Under the pieces are notes generated by a model, which saw only the letters and a list, made by a program, of their open reading frames with translations, did no database searches and was not told where the DNA came from. This document shows positions 13,251 to 24,665 of a DNA stretch of 64,000 nt, piece by piece. Source of the stretch: Eledone cirrhosa (taxonomy: Eukaryota); the NCBI GenBank assembly GCA_964016885.1, contig OZ024741.1, positions 294,128,001-294,192,000 on the forward strand, in the 5' to 3' direction. How positions within the stretch are numbered: position 1 is the first letter of the stretch; each line of letters begins with the position of its first letter. The position numbers were made by a program, and so were the translations under genes.

Positions 13251-16200
13251 ATCATCATCACCGTTTTACGTCCGTTCTTCCACGCTAGCATGGGTTAGAC
13301 GGGTTGTCCTGTTGTGTGCAGTGTCTGGTCGGCTGACCATGCCTTGCTCATACAGGAACTGATCTGGCTTGATTTCTACAGCTGGATGCCCTTCCTAACA
13401 CCAACCTCATTTACAGTGAGTGCTGGGTGCTTTTTCGTGGCGCCTACACGTCCACTTTACAGTGTGGGCTGGGTGCTTTTTTGCCGTGGCACCTCCACGA
13501 CCACCTTGCGGTGGGGGGTGTGGGGGCATATTGTTTATATGTTTCAGCATGTACCCATGGGAGGTCGGGTACTCTGTATTACTGCGTGACGCCAGAAGTC
13601 ACGGTCGTGTGTCATTGTCTTTGAGAGGTGTAATTGGTTAAGGTCGGCTTTTATCACCTCATCCCAGGTCATCTTGGGTCTCCCCACTCCGCGGTTTCCA
13701 TCAACTTCTAGTGCTCTGCACCTTTTTATGCAGCTGTCATCCTTCATACGCATCACATGTCCATACCAGCGTAACCGCCTCTCCTGCACACAGCATTTGA
13801 TTCCTCTTATGCTCAGTCTCTCTCTCAATTCATTTATGCTTTGTCGTTCACGTATATTACTGATATATCACGTATATTACTGTTACACATCCATCGGAGC
13901 ATGCAGGCTTCGTTTCTCTCTAATCTACGTAAGTCTTCCACCTTCAGCGCCCAGGTCTCACTACCATGCAACATCGCTGTTCGGATACACGCATCATACA
14001 GTCTGCCTTTCATTCTGAGGGGGAAGCCTTTTGCAGCTAGCAGTGGTAGTAGTTCCCTAAACTTCTTCCATCCCGTTCTTACCCTAGTTATTGTACTTTC
14101 TGAACACCCACCTCCGTTGCTAATTCGGTCACCTAGGTAGCAGAAGCTGTCTACTGTTTCTACAGGGCCCTCCCAGAGATTGGTGGTACTTGTTTCCTGT
14201 GGCTGTTTGCTGCTTGCTGTTTCAGCACAGCTGCTGCATGTGAATCCTACATTCTTAATTAAGCTTCCTGAGATCCCGCTACATCTCTTGTGTACCCATT
14301 GTTTGCATTTGGGTCAGAGAATGGAGTTCCTACCTACACCTTTCCTACATACTGAGCAAGGCCATTTCCCCGAGGGGTTCTGGGTTCTGTTTTCTCGTCT
14401 ACTTACAAGGACCTTAGTCTTGGTCATGTTGACTTTGAGACCCTTTCTCTCTAGTCCCTGCTTCCAGGTTTGGAATTTATTCTCTAGTTCTAACATAGAT
14501 TCAGCTATGAGTGCGAGGTCATCAGCATACAGGAGTTCCCATGGGCATCTGGTCTTAAACTCCTCCGTTATTGCCTGCAGGACTATGATGAACAGGAGAG
14601 GGCTAAGAACAGAGCCCTGGTGGACCCCAACCTGTACGCTAAATTCCTCGCTATACTCATTGCTAATCCTAACTTTGCTGACTGCTCCCCTATACATGGC
14701 TTGTACCGCTTTCACAAGCCATTCATCTACTCCTAGTTTTCTAAGAGCCCACCAGATTACAGCACGTGGAACTCTGTCAAAGGCTTTCTCAAGGTCGACA
14801 AATGCCAAGTAGAGTGGCTTACTTTTAGCTAGGTACTTTTCCTGTAATTGCCTCACAAGGAAGAGGGCATCAGTGGTGCTTCTTCCTGGTACAAACCCAA
14901 ATTGCATCTCGTCTATATTCACCCGGTCCCTAATCAGCTGTGCTATAACTCTTTCTGTTACTTTCATGACCTGGTCCATCAACTTTATACCTCTATAGTT
15001 TCCTCTATCTAGTGCATCGCCTTTGCCTTTGTAGCAGTTGACAATGATGCTACTGCACCAATCTTTTGGTATGGCCCCTTCTAGTATTACCTGGTTAACG
15101 ATACGTGTGGTTATAGTGTGACCTACAGACCCAGATGCCTTCAGCATCTCGGCAGCTATACCCGATGGACCGGTTGCCTTCCCCATCTTCATATCTTTGA
15201 TTGCCTTACTTACTACGCTGCTGCTGACTTGTACTGCTGGTCCCTCTATAGGGTCTACTTGGGGTAGGGTCTCTTCTTCCCATGCATTCTCCTCATTTAG
15301 TAATCTATCATAATGACTCTTCCATGCATCTTTCTTCTCAGCACTTGTGAGGGCAAGCTCACCTTTATCATTCCGGATACACTTCTCTCCAATGACATCA
15401 CAACTATCTCTGACACACTGCCTCGCAATCTTGAATACCTCCTGTTTCTGGTCCTCACGTTGTAAAACATGCTTGAATTTTCTATCCTCTGCTTCCCTCC
15501 TAGCTAAGTATACTTGTCGCCTAGCTTCCCTCTTGGTCTCTATGTAATGTACCCTGCTTCCCCCGTTCTTCCATTCTTTCCATGCCTGTCTCTTGGCCTT
15601 AACTGCTTCATCTACCTTATTGTTCCACCACCAAGTCACTCTCCTCCTGCTTGAGGTCTTACTCCAGCCACAGACCTCATCCGTCGCCTCTAGTAAATTA
15701 TTTTTTAGGAACTCCCAGTTCTCTTCTACGTTAAATGTCTGTATCTGTTCCTCTTTACTGTCGTAGGCGTTGAGTAAAATATCTTTAAATCTGTTACTGG
15801 TTGAGGGGACTTTCAGCTTCCAGATCTTTCTTCTCCAGGTTGGCCTCTGTTTCAGGGTTCGTCTAGTTCTCACCGTGAGGTCGCTGACAACTAAGTTATG
15901 TTGGGATGTACATTCCTCACTAGGGAAGGCTTTTGTGTTTACGACCGTCCATCTGTCACGTCCTCTGATGAGGATAAAATCTAACTGACTAGAGTGCTCC
16001 CCTGATCTATAGGTGATCAGGTGGTTGTCGGGTTTTTTAAAGTTTGTGTTACATATCGACATGTCATTGGCGTCGCAGAATTCTAGGAGTCTGAATCCTT
16101 CATCATTCCTTGTGCCAACTCCATGGCCTCCATGTACTCTATTGAAGCCGTCGCAGTGTTTACCTACGTGTCCGTTAAAATCTCCTGCGATGATTAGGAA

Positions 16201-16444
16201 GTCCTTGTCGTCTGTTAGAGCAGTAGTGTGTATTAGGGACTCGTAAAACCTATCCTTAAGTTCGTCTGGCAGCCCCGATTGGGGTGCGTAAGCTGATATT
16301 ATTGTGGTAATTGTCTTATTCAGGACTAGTCTGAGTTTAATGATTCTTGCATTTACCCTGTACACTGAGATTACTTTATCTACCCACTTGTCAGCTAATA
16401 GTATACCTACACCACCCATCGCATCGTCATTTCCCACCCAGGGA
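13251..16444 (-). mobile_element. RTE-clade LINE, 5'-truncated within the AP endonuclease domain
   Basis: APE motifs (GVGIL, SAYAPQ, GDFNGHVG, QLDFIL, SQHNLV), RT motifs (YRGIKL, QFGF, FVDLEKAFDRV, GVHQGSVLSPLLF, LLYADDL), RLRWYGHV C-terminus, 3' UTR and (GAT)n tail. Confidence 0.97.
13544..16440 (-). pseudogene. RTE endonuclease/reverse transcriptase ORF, disrupted by an in-frame TGA (14314-14316) and a 20-bp insertion (about 13863-13882)
   Basis: The frame continues past the TGA (PKCKQWVHKRC...VDSFCYLGD...LHGSETW) to the duplication, then shifts to the 13544-13828 ORF. Confidence 0.9.
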
Positions 16445-16689
16445 AATTGTGAGGTAAGCACTGAGGGTCGCATGGTAAATAACCGACGAGAGAGATACAA
16501 TAGAATTAGAAGACCGCATGGTAAATATCCAAGTTAATACACCAGTAAAATTAACAATAATAACGTCATGAAAACTACTAAGAAACCTTCGGAAATTTAT
16601 CGATAATACAGCAGGAAAACAGCATTAATATTAACAACAATATATAGACTAAAATACCTTCGAAGATTAGTATGGATTGATGGCTGGAA

Positions 16690-16731
<42 letters not shown>

Positions 16732-17044
16732 ACCATGCAACCATGGTAAAACAGATGTCAAAAAGGATAACAATGATGCTACACACACACATTCTTGATA
16801 CACCTTTCCTATCCAACTCATGTATACATGGAAAACCAAACAAGTTCAACAATAAACTGCTAAATGCAACTCACTCTTTTAAAGTCCACACCTATTACCC
16901 TCGATTTATCTCCCACTTGGGGATACTTCACAACCTCTTAGCAAGCAAAATGTCGTCTGCTGCTTGCTCTTTTATCTTACTCCCATCATTGCTTTATTGC
17001 TTTCCCAGCTAGGACAATGCCTCGACAAATATCCAAATGCCATA

Positions 17045-17445
17045 ATGTAGTGGCATTAGTGACATGATAAAATAAAAACACTTCACCCTCTATGATGGTA
17101 ATGCTGGTGCTCCAACAAAAACACTCAGTCCATACTGTTAATTTATCATGCTACTATCACAGCAAATTGCACCCGATCCATACAGTAATGTAGTTGTACT
17201 GGTACCACAACAAAAAGCCTCTCCAGTTTATCCTGTAAAGTGTTAGTTCTGAAGCCATGAAAGACACTCCTAGTACATGGTGTAATGTGGTTGGCATTTG
17301 GACGGGCATCCAGCTATATAATACCAAACCTAAAACAGAGTATATGAGCAAGATGTGGTCACCTAATCAGTCTAGCCTTGTAATGTGACAGTCCCTCTAA
17401 GCCATACAAGCATGAAAAATAGACATTACACAGTGATGATGATAA
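17045..17445 (+). mobile_element. Degenerate RTE-tail repeat with multiple internal 3' UTR subrepeats
   Basis: GTGGTTGGCATTTGGACGGGCATCCAGC...CCATACAAGCATGAAAAATAGACATTA followed by GATGATGAT. Confidence 0.65.
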
Positions 17446-17531
17446 TATATAATTTCACATCCACTCTCTATGCTGATATGGTTTGGACAAATATATACAC
17501 AAGCATATGTGTGCGTGTGTGCTTGTGTATT

Positions 17532-17885
17532 ATCATCATCACCATTTAACAGCTAGTTTTGCACACAAGCTTGGGTTAAATGAGTTGTCCTGTTGTGATA
17601 CAAGTCAGATCAGATGACCATGTCTTGCTCATACAAAATTGTTTCTGGCCTTGTTTCTATGGTTGGAGTCCCTGCCTAACGTCAACTACATTTACAGTGT
17701 TGACTGGGTGCATTGTGTCATCAGAAGAACATGACCACTTTACAGTGTGGGTTAGGCACTTTTGTTGTGTCACCAAAATGAACACTTTACAGTGTGGACT
17801 GACCATTTTTTATCATGTCACCAACACAACTACTTTACAGGGTTGACTGGACACTTTCTGCTTTTTGTTGTATTACCAACACATG
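17532..17885 (-). mobile_element. Degenerate RTE-tail repeat, inverted relative to 17045-17445
   Basis: CATCATCACCATTTAAC... and four to five TTTACAGTGTGG subrepeats. Confidence 0.7.
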
Positions 17886-17995
17886 ATATATATAATTTTA
17901 AAATCCCTTAACCAATTATCTCTACCCACCTCAAAATCGACACCTTCCCCAACCACCAGAAAACATACAAATACCACCGTATTACAATAACAGTT

Positions 17996-18047
17996 GGCTT
18001 TCCTGATGATTTCCTTCAAATGAAGCAGTTTTAGTTCTGTAGAAGCC
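17996..18047 (+). ncRNA. Degenerate hammerhead motif of a Penelope-like repeat
   Basis: GGCTTTC CTGATGA TTTCCTTCAAAT GAAG CAG..CTG TA GAAGCC; homologous to the reverse complement of 58695-58739. Confidence 0.5.
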
Positions 18048-18416
18048 ATTTCTATATTAAATCTGTTGTTTACACTCTAGTAATGTATTGAATACCTTAT
18101 TTATCCTGGTTGCCCCTGATTGTACCTGGGACTCACATATTCATTATATTTATATACACCATACACACATATATTACATATGTGTTTTTGTTTTGTTGTT
18201 CTTTTCACTGAAGCTATGAAAATAAGAAAAGAAAGACAGAGATGAAATGCAACCAATATATTCAATTTTGTTCAAGTAATAGTACAACAGCAACAACATC
18301 AAGTTAGAATGGAGGCTATAACAGCCCCCCCCCCCCCACACACACACACACACTCACATACGCACATGCACACCATTTGTTCATCCTTCATATGACAGAA
18401 GAATCTAGTAATAATA

Positions 18417-18596
18417 ATTGTTTCTACTTTTGGCACAAGGCCAGCAATTACCCAGTGTATTACTGGTACTTTATTTTATTGACCCCATAAGGATGAAAGG
18501 CAAAGTTAACCTCAGCGGAATTTGAACTCAGATCATACAGGGAGGTAACTCTATGCTTCAAAGCATGGCATCCGACCCTCTACCGATACTGCCAAT
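18417..18596 (-). mobile_element. tRNA-derived SINE with Meta-like domain
   Basis: Reverse strand GAGTTCAAATTCCGCTGAGGTTAACTTTGCCTTTCATCCTTATGGGGTCAATAAAATAAAGTACCAG. Confidence 0.8.
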
Positions 18597-18774
18597 AGTA
18601 ATAATACCAAGACATCAATAGCAACAACAAGCAGAAGAGAAAGATAAAGATTAAGGTATGGAAGGTAGAGACAATCTGAAGAAAGGTGTGCTTTGCCACG
18701 CCTCTTATTATCACCCTCTTCCTTCCTGTTCCAGTGACCTTAATGTCAATTAAAGAAAGGAATTGATAATGCTT

Positions 18775-19255
18775 GATGGTGGTGTGTTGTGGTGTGGTGT
18801 AGTGTAGTAGCTGTGGTGGTTTGTTGTGGCTGCAGTGTGATAGTATTGGTGTGTTGGTGAAGTTGCATGTGGTACTTTGGAATGGTGATATTGATATAGC
18901 GGTGATGTTGGGTGTGGTAGTATTGGTGTGATAGTGTTGTTGTGGTTGTGTTGGTGAGGTGGCTCTAGTGTGGTATGATGTGGTAGCTGGGTGTTGTAGG
19001 TGTGGTTATTGTGGTGGTGGTGTGGTGTTGTTGGTGCAGTGGATGTAGTGTGGTATGATGTGGTGGCTGAGTGTTGTAGGTGTGGCTGCTGTGGTGGTGG
19101 TGGTGATGGTGGTGTGGTGTTGGTGCGATGGCTGTAGTGTGGTATGATGTGGTAGCTGGGTGTTGATGGTGTGGTTGTTGTTGTGGTGGTGGTGTGGTGC
19201 TGTTGATGTAGTGGCTGTAGTGTGGTATGATGTGGTGGCTGTGGTGGTGTGGTTA
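18775..19255. repeat. (GGT/GTT)-rich low-complexity repeat
   Basis: Direct reading. Confidence 0.9.
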
Positions 19256-19362
19256 GGTAAGTTGCTGTAACAAAATAGTTGGTCAGTAAAGTGTAGGAGG
19301 TAATTATTGATTTATTGATCACTGATAGATTGTTATGATAGTCCCAATATACTCTCTGATAC

Positions 19363-19402
<40 letters not shown>

Positions 19403-19698
19403 ATGCTGTTGCCATCATCATTGTCAGGATCATTATCACAACAATCATCATCATCATCATCACTGCCTTCATCTTCATTATCATCGTCATTGTCATCACC
19501 ATCATCATTTAATCTTAGAAGTTCGAGAAACAATAAAGAGGTCTTCACTTATTACAACAACAAGAACACACAATGAAAGCAGCAACAACAACAGTAACAA
19601 CAGTAACACACTAGGAGAACAGCAACAATAACAACAACAACAGCACATACTATGAAAATAATGAGAACAAATGAAATATTGAAAAAGCTGTGCAACAA

Positions 19699-19755
<57 letters not shown>

Positions 19756-19970
19756 CATTGTTTCTACTTTAGGCACAAGGCCAGCAATTTAAAGGGGAGG
19801 AGGAAAGTCGATTAAATCGACCTCAGCTCATTACTGGTGATTTATTTTATTGACCCTGTAAGGATGAAAGGCAAAGTAAATCTGGGCTGGATTTGAACTT
19901 AGAACATAAAGAGCCATTATTCTATGTAACGAAGCATTTGGTTCCGGAGCTCTACCAATTCTGTCAATCC
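19699..19970 (-). mobile_element. Meta-like SINE with long (AAT)n tail
   Basis: (AAT)n at 19699-19755, then TTGTTTCTACTTTAGGCACAAGGCC...GGATGAAAGGCAAAG...GATTTGAACT. Confidence 0.8.
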
Positions 19971-20199
19971 AATGATAATAATGCTGATAAATGTAGACAC
20001 TAGAATCAGTGTCTACATGTATGTTGGCATGGCTGGAATGCCTTAATCAAGAAGGCCTTTAATCAAAGGAATTCCAGCCTTGCCAACTTCAATATTTTAG
20101 GTAAAATCTATGACAAACTATATGAGAGCCAGTTATATGGAAGGACAGTAACTCTGAAAAAGTACATACTCAGACCTAAACTTGTACAACACACCTGCC

Positions 20200-21630
20200 C
20201 TGGCGGGAATTGGCCTCCAGGTCAACTCGGCAAAGTCGGGGGTGGTGAATGTCAGCCATGATGCTGAGAGCTTTGCAGCCTCCGTCTCGGATGTGTGGTC
20301 CATTCTCCACCAGGTACAGGTGACCCCCAAAGAGGATGTCCTCATCCTCGGGTCACCGATCCACCCGCCGGCCATCTGCTCCACCATCAGATCCAGGCTT
20401 CAACAACTCCAGACTCTCACGAGCCGACTGGGCCTGATCGACGGCCACCCAGCTCTCTTTCTGTTGAGGAACTGCTTCGCAATGCCGAAGCTCCTCAACA
20501 CCCTCTGCAGCACTCCGTGCTACAGCCACACATCTCTCCTCGCTGACCTCAATACTTGTATCCGAGCAGCAGCTGAGGAGATATGCAACGTCAAGTTTGA
20601 CAACATTGGATGGCAACAGACCACTTTACCTGTCAGGTATGGCGGCCTTGGCCTCCGAGCCCCGATCTCGCTGGCTTTGCCGGCGTATCTTTCGTCGGTA
20701 ATCTTGTGCCGCATCCTTGTCAGCAGGGTTCTTCAAAACACAATAGAACCCTCTGTGTTCAGAGAATGTGAGGCCGCCTGTGAGATGTGGGACCGGCTGG
20801 GACTTAGCCCAGTAGACGTCCCTCCTCCTTCTCCCCCTGTTGAGGTCAAGTCCCCCCAAATCACTTGGGATGCCATCCAGTGCAGCCTGGCCTCAGACAG
20901 GCTCATACACCAGCTCGACCAGCACCACCTTGCCTGCTTTCGTGCGGCCTCCAAACCCCACAGTGGTGCCTGGCTCCATGCTCTGCCCTCCGTCTCCATT
21001 GGCACGCAGCTAGACAACAATAGCCTGTGCATCGGCGTTTCCTTGAGGCTCGGCCTCCGGATCTGCCAGCCACACCAATGTCGCTGCGGATCCACCGTGG
21101 ACACTTTCGGCCTCCACCCGCTTTCCTGTCGCCACAGTGCCGGCCGCCTTCCACGCCATGCTGCCCTCAACGAGGTCATAAAGCATAGCTTGGATGCTGC
21201 GGGCTTCTCTTCCCAGCTCGAGCCGGTGGGGCTGGACCAAGGTTATGACAAAAGGCCAGATGGCATGATCATCTTCCCGTTCCGCGGTGGCAAACCCCTC
21301 ATCTGGGATGCTACTTGCACCGACACTTTCTGCAGCCGCAACCTGGTGCAGTCTGCCACTAACCCAGGTTCTGCTGCATGTCGGGCTGAGGGGGCCAAGC
21401 TCCTCAAATACCGGTTGCTCTCCGACAGGTTTGCGGTCGTACCCCTGGCAGTGGAGACTTCTGGTGTCCTCGGCCCCAGGTCTACCTCCCTACTCACCAC
21501 TATAGGCACTGAGCTGGCCAGCTGCAGGTGTGAGTCCCACAAGTTGGAGTGGCTTTTCCAGCACGTCTCCCTTGCCGTCCTCTGTGGGAACGCCTTCTCC
21601 ATCCTGTCCGCTGGGGCTGTGGGGTCCCCA
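20200..21630 (+). mobile_element. CRE-like non-LTR retrotransposon fragment (RT C-terminus, CCHC finger, restriction-like endonuclease)
   Basis: GLQVNSAKS, ILGSPI, LPVRYGGLGLR, SGAWLHALP, CRCG...HPLSC...RHAALNEVI, KRPDG...WDAT, PLAVETSG, GNAFSIL; visibly GC-rich against AT-rich flanks; no stop over about 480 codons. Confidence 0.9.
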
Positions 21631-21992
21631 TCATATAACATTCCATATTTAGGTATCCGAAACACAAAACCTGTTTATTTAGTCTCCATACATTACAGCC
21701 AACAAGATGGTGGAGGTATTGTAACATCAATGTGTTTCACAAGAGAATAAGTTGCTGATGTGAAGTGAAATTCATTCAACTGAGGATGGAATGTTTGTCA
21801 CAGTTTACTTGAATCATTGGCAATTTATTTCTTGCCCTACACAACTCAACCAGTTGCTTGTATACTGAATATTACAGCCTTAATTAGTTTATCACAATTA
21901 TAGTGACATCATTGTCATCTCAATCAAGTAACTTAACTATTCTACAGGCTGTCTTATACTATCTCCTCCACAACAACCATCATATAGCTACC

Positions 21993-22087
<95 letters not shown>
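21993..22087. repeat. (CT)n(TA)n compound microsatellite
   Basis: Direct reading. Confidence 0.95.
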
Positions 22088-22090
<3 letters not shown>

Positions 22091-22688
22091 GAAAGGTATA
22101 GAAAACATTGTAGCAAAAAGCCAACAGTATTCCATAATATATAAGTGACTATAGCATCAAAATGGGAAAAATAGTTAAATATATATATATGACTGACTGA
22201 CCACATGCGTATTTTTCTTTAAAAAAAATGTTTTATGCTCCTTCCTCTTCTCATTCTTTACCTTTCTTTTTCTCACTTCTGATGAAGGACTATTGTCCAA
22301 AATGTTAAGACTCTTTTCTTACTATATCAAGCATTAAATTATTATATTTCTTTATTATACTGTGTCGTTTGCTTTGTTATTTCTGTTTACTTTTTGCATA
22401 CACACACACACACATATATCCATATATAGCTATCTTTGTTTCTCTCCCCCATTATTGTCATATCACTCTCTTTCACCCTTTACTCTCATTCACTTCTATT
22501 ACTCTTTCTTCTATCACCCACTCAGGTTTTATTCTCACCCACTGTAAAAACTGTTTCTCAATCCACTTTATTCACAAGGAGATTATTTCATGTTTTACAA
22601 GACTCACCTATTTCTTTTATATTAATATAAAAATAAATCATACCTATTTCAGAAAGTTGCCATCTAATGTATTCTCAAATATTTTGAT

Positions 22689-22795
22689 CTAATTTGATAT
22701 TGTTTTCCTCTACTTTCAGGTAAGTCTGAAAAAACAACCTTCTTTCTACTTTCTCATGCTATATACCATATACCATTAACAGGCCAAAGGTAAGT
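22689..22795 (+). promoter_or_regulatory. Candidate recursive splice site (AG|GTAAGT) with 70-nt RS-exon and downstream donor
   Basis: CTAAT branch-like motif at 22689, pyrimidine tract TTTTCCTCTACTTTCAG ending at 22719, GTAAGT at 22720-22725, second AAG|GTAAGT at 22790-22795. Confidence 0.5.
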
Positions 22796-23854
22796 GATTG
22801 CTATATAATCTCCAAGTTAGCTATTTCATGACACCATAAACATTCCTCTTCCACATTGCTTTTTTTTAAAATTAAAACCTGCTGGCCCAATATTCGGTTC
22901 CTGACTTGAATATATTCCACCAGCCCAATATTTTGTTATATCACACATATCTTTTTACATCTGTTATTTACCCCCCCCCCCCCTTTCTATGTCAAACAGC
23001 AATCTTTTTACATTATTACTTTAGCCTGAGTTATTCAGTATGGCATTGCTATTTAGGTTTAAGTTTTACTTTAATTAGAATCTTTTTTCAGGTTTGATTG
23101 ATGAATAAAATTAATGAATGTAATTTTTACAGTGATTATGTGCAGTTGTGCAGAGTTGGGGACCACACAAGTGGCAGTGGTGGAAGGTGTCAAAATCCAA
23201 AGGGTTAATATTTCAAGAAAAACCATGAAATAAATTAAGAATATAGCAGGATTTTTGAGGGGGGGGGGGGCTAATAAGCAAAATTTTCCTTCCACAATAT
23301 AATTATTTCAGTTTCAACACACAATCTCAAGTCATGTCTCCTGACAAACTATTGGTTGCTGTCAAGACCTCTGGTATTTTCAGTCCCTGAACTATCATCT
23401 TCCTCCACAAAATCCCACTTGAGGAAGGGACTCTTTGAAATAAAGGAGCTGATGCAGCATATGTCACTGGCTGTTCTCTTTGTCAATGCCTTTTGCAATG
23501 TTGTCTGTAGGGCACAACTGAAATATATAATATAAACAGGGTTGTAGACTGCCTCTCCCTCCTCTCTTTCCCTTAATTTCACTATTTAATTTTTTTTCTC
23601 ACTTGTTTTTGTATTGTTTTTTTTTAATAGCAAATATTGATGACTTGTAAATATACTTTTATAATTTTATCAGATATTTGGAAAGTATTAATTTTTGTTT
23701 ATAGGTTTCAATTTCTTTATACACTGGTCAAATAAAAAATATTACAACTCCAAAATTGTAAAAGTACGAGTGATCAGCTACATATACACAAGATTTGTTT
23801 ACTACTACAATGTTTATTGACATCTAAAAGCTGTGATTCAGCTAACTAATTTAA

Positions 23855-24075
23855 CCCATTAGCATTTACATTACTCAATATATACTATTATATTTTCATT
23901 GTAAAGGCTTTACCTCACATAATTATCTCACATAATATCGAATCTATGAGATTTTGATACTATTTATTTTGAGAACAATACCTTAACATCATTATGAGTA
24001 GCAAGTTACAGTTGGCTTGAACAGAAAGAGGTGAGAGAATTCTGGTCGGATATGGTCGGTTTAAATGCTAAAGGG
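23855..24075. mobile_element. piggyBac-like MITE
   Basis: TTAA|CCCATTAGCATTTA ... TAAATGCTAAAGGG|CTAA termini. Confidence 0.65.
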
Positions 24076-24516
24076 CTAAAATAGTAAGAGTTGTCATGGT
24101 CCCTTGGCTCAATGATCTAAAGCACCTAGCCAGTATCTGGGAGATATGGTGTTTGATTCCTCATAGTGGCTGATGGCAACTTCTTTTACTGTCTTTAAGG
24201 GTCATCACCCTATTTTATAAGCTATTTTATACCATCTGTGCACATGACCACATCATTCTTTATATTAAGTAAAAAGTAATTTTCCAAAAATTAATACTTT
24301 CCAAATATCTGATAATTTTATTTGGGAAGTACTCCTCAGTTTTTGTGTACAGTACTTGTTGCATTGTGGCCTTTATTCTGTATCTTATGGTTTGTTATAT
24401 AGCATATACATGAACATGTAATATGGAAATAAAACAAATGATTTTTCAAAAATTAATGCCTCAAGATTTGATACTTTTCTTGGGAAAATATTCCTTGATT
24501 TTTGTTTAACCTCAAA

Positions 24517-24665
24517 CAAGATGGTTGGATAACATCCACGAACTTGGCTGGTCTTGCTTGAGGATCCAGCCAGATCAGTTGGCGGTGGTTGCTTCTGACA
24601 GGACCCACTGGAAGGAGTGTTTGAGGACTGCCCCCACAACCCTTTCAGAAATAAGTGGGCAAAAA
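24517..24665 (+). mobile_element. Expander/Rex3-like RTE LINE 3' end
   Basis: Encodes RWLDNIHELGW; reverse complement of 26517-26675. Confidence 0.75.

Noticed and set aside
23349-23582. Complex-looking minus-strand ORF after a TTTCAG acceptor-like site
   Set aside because: No recognisable homology and no donor; may be an old transposon relic.
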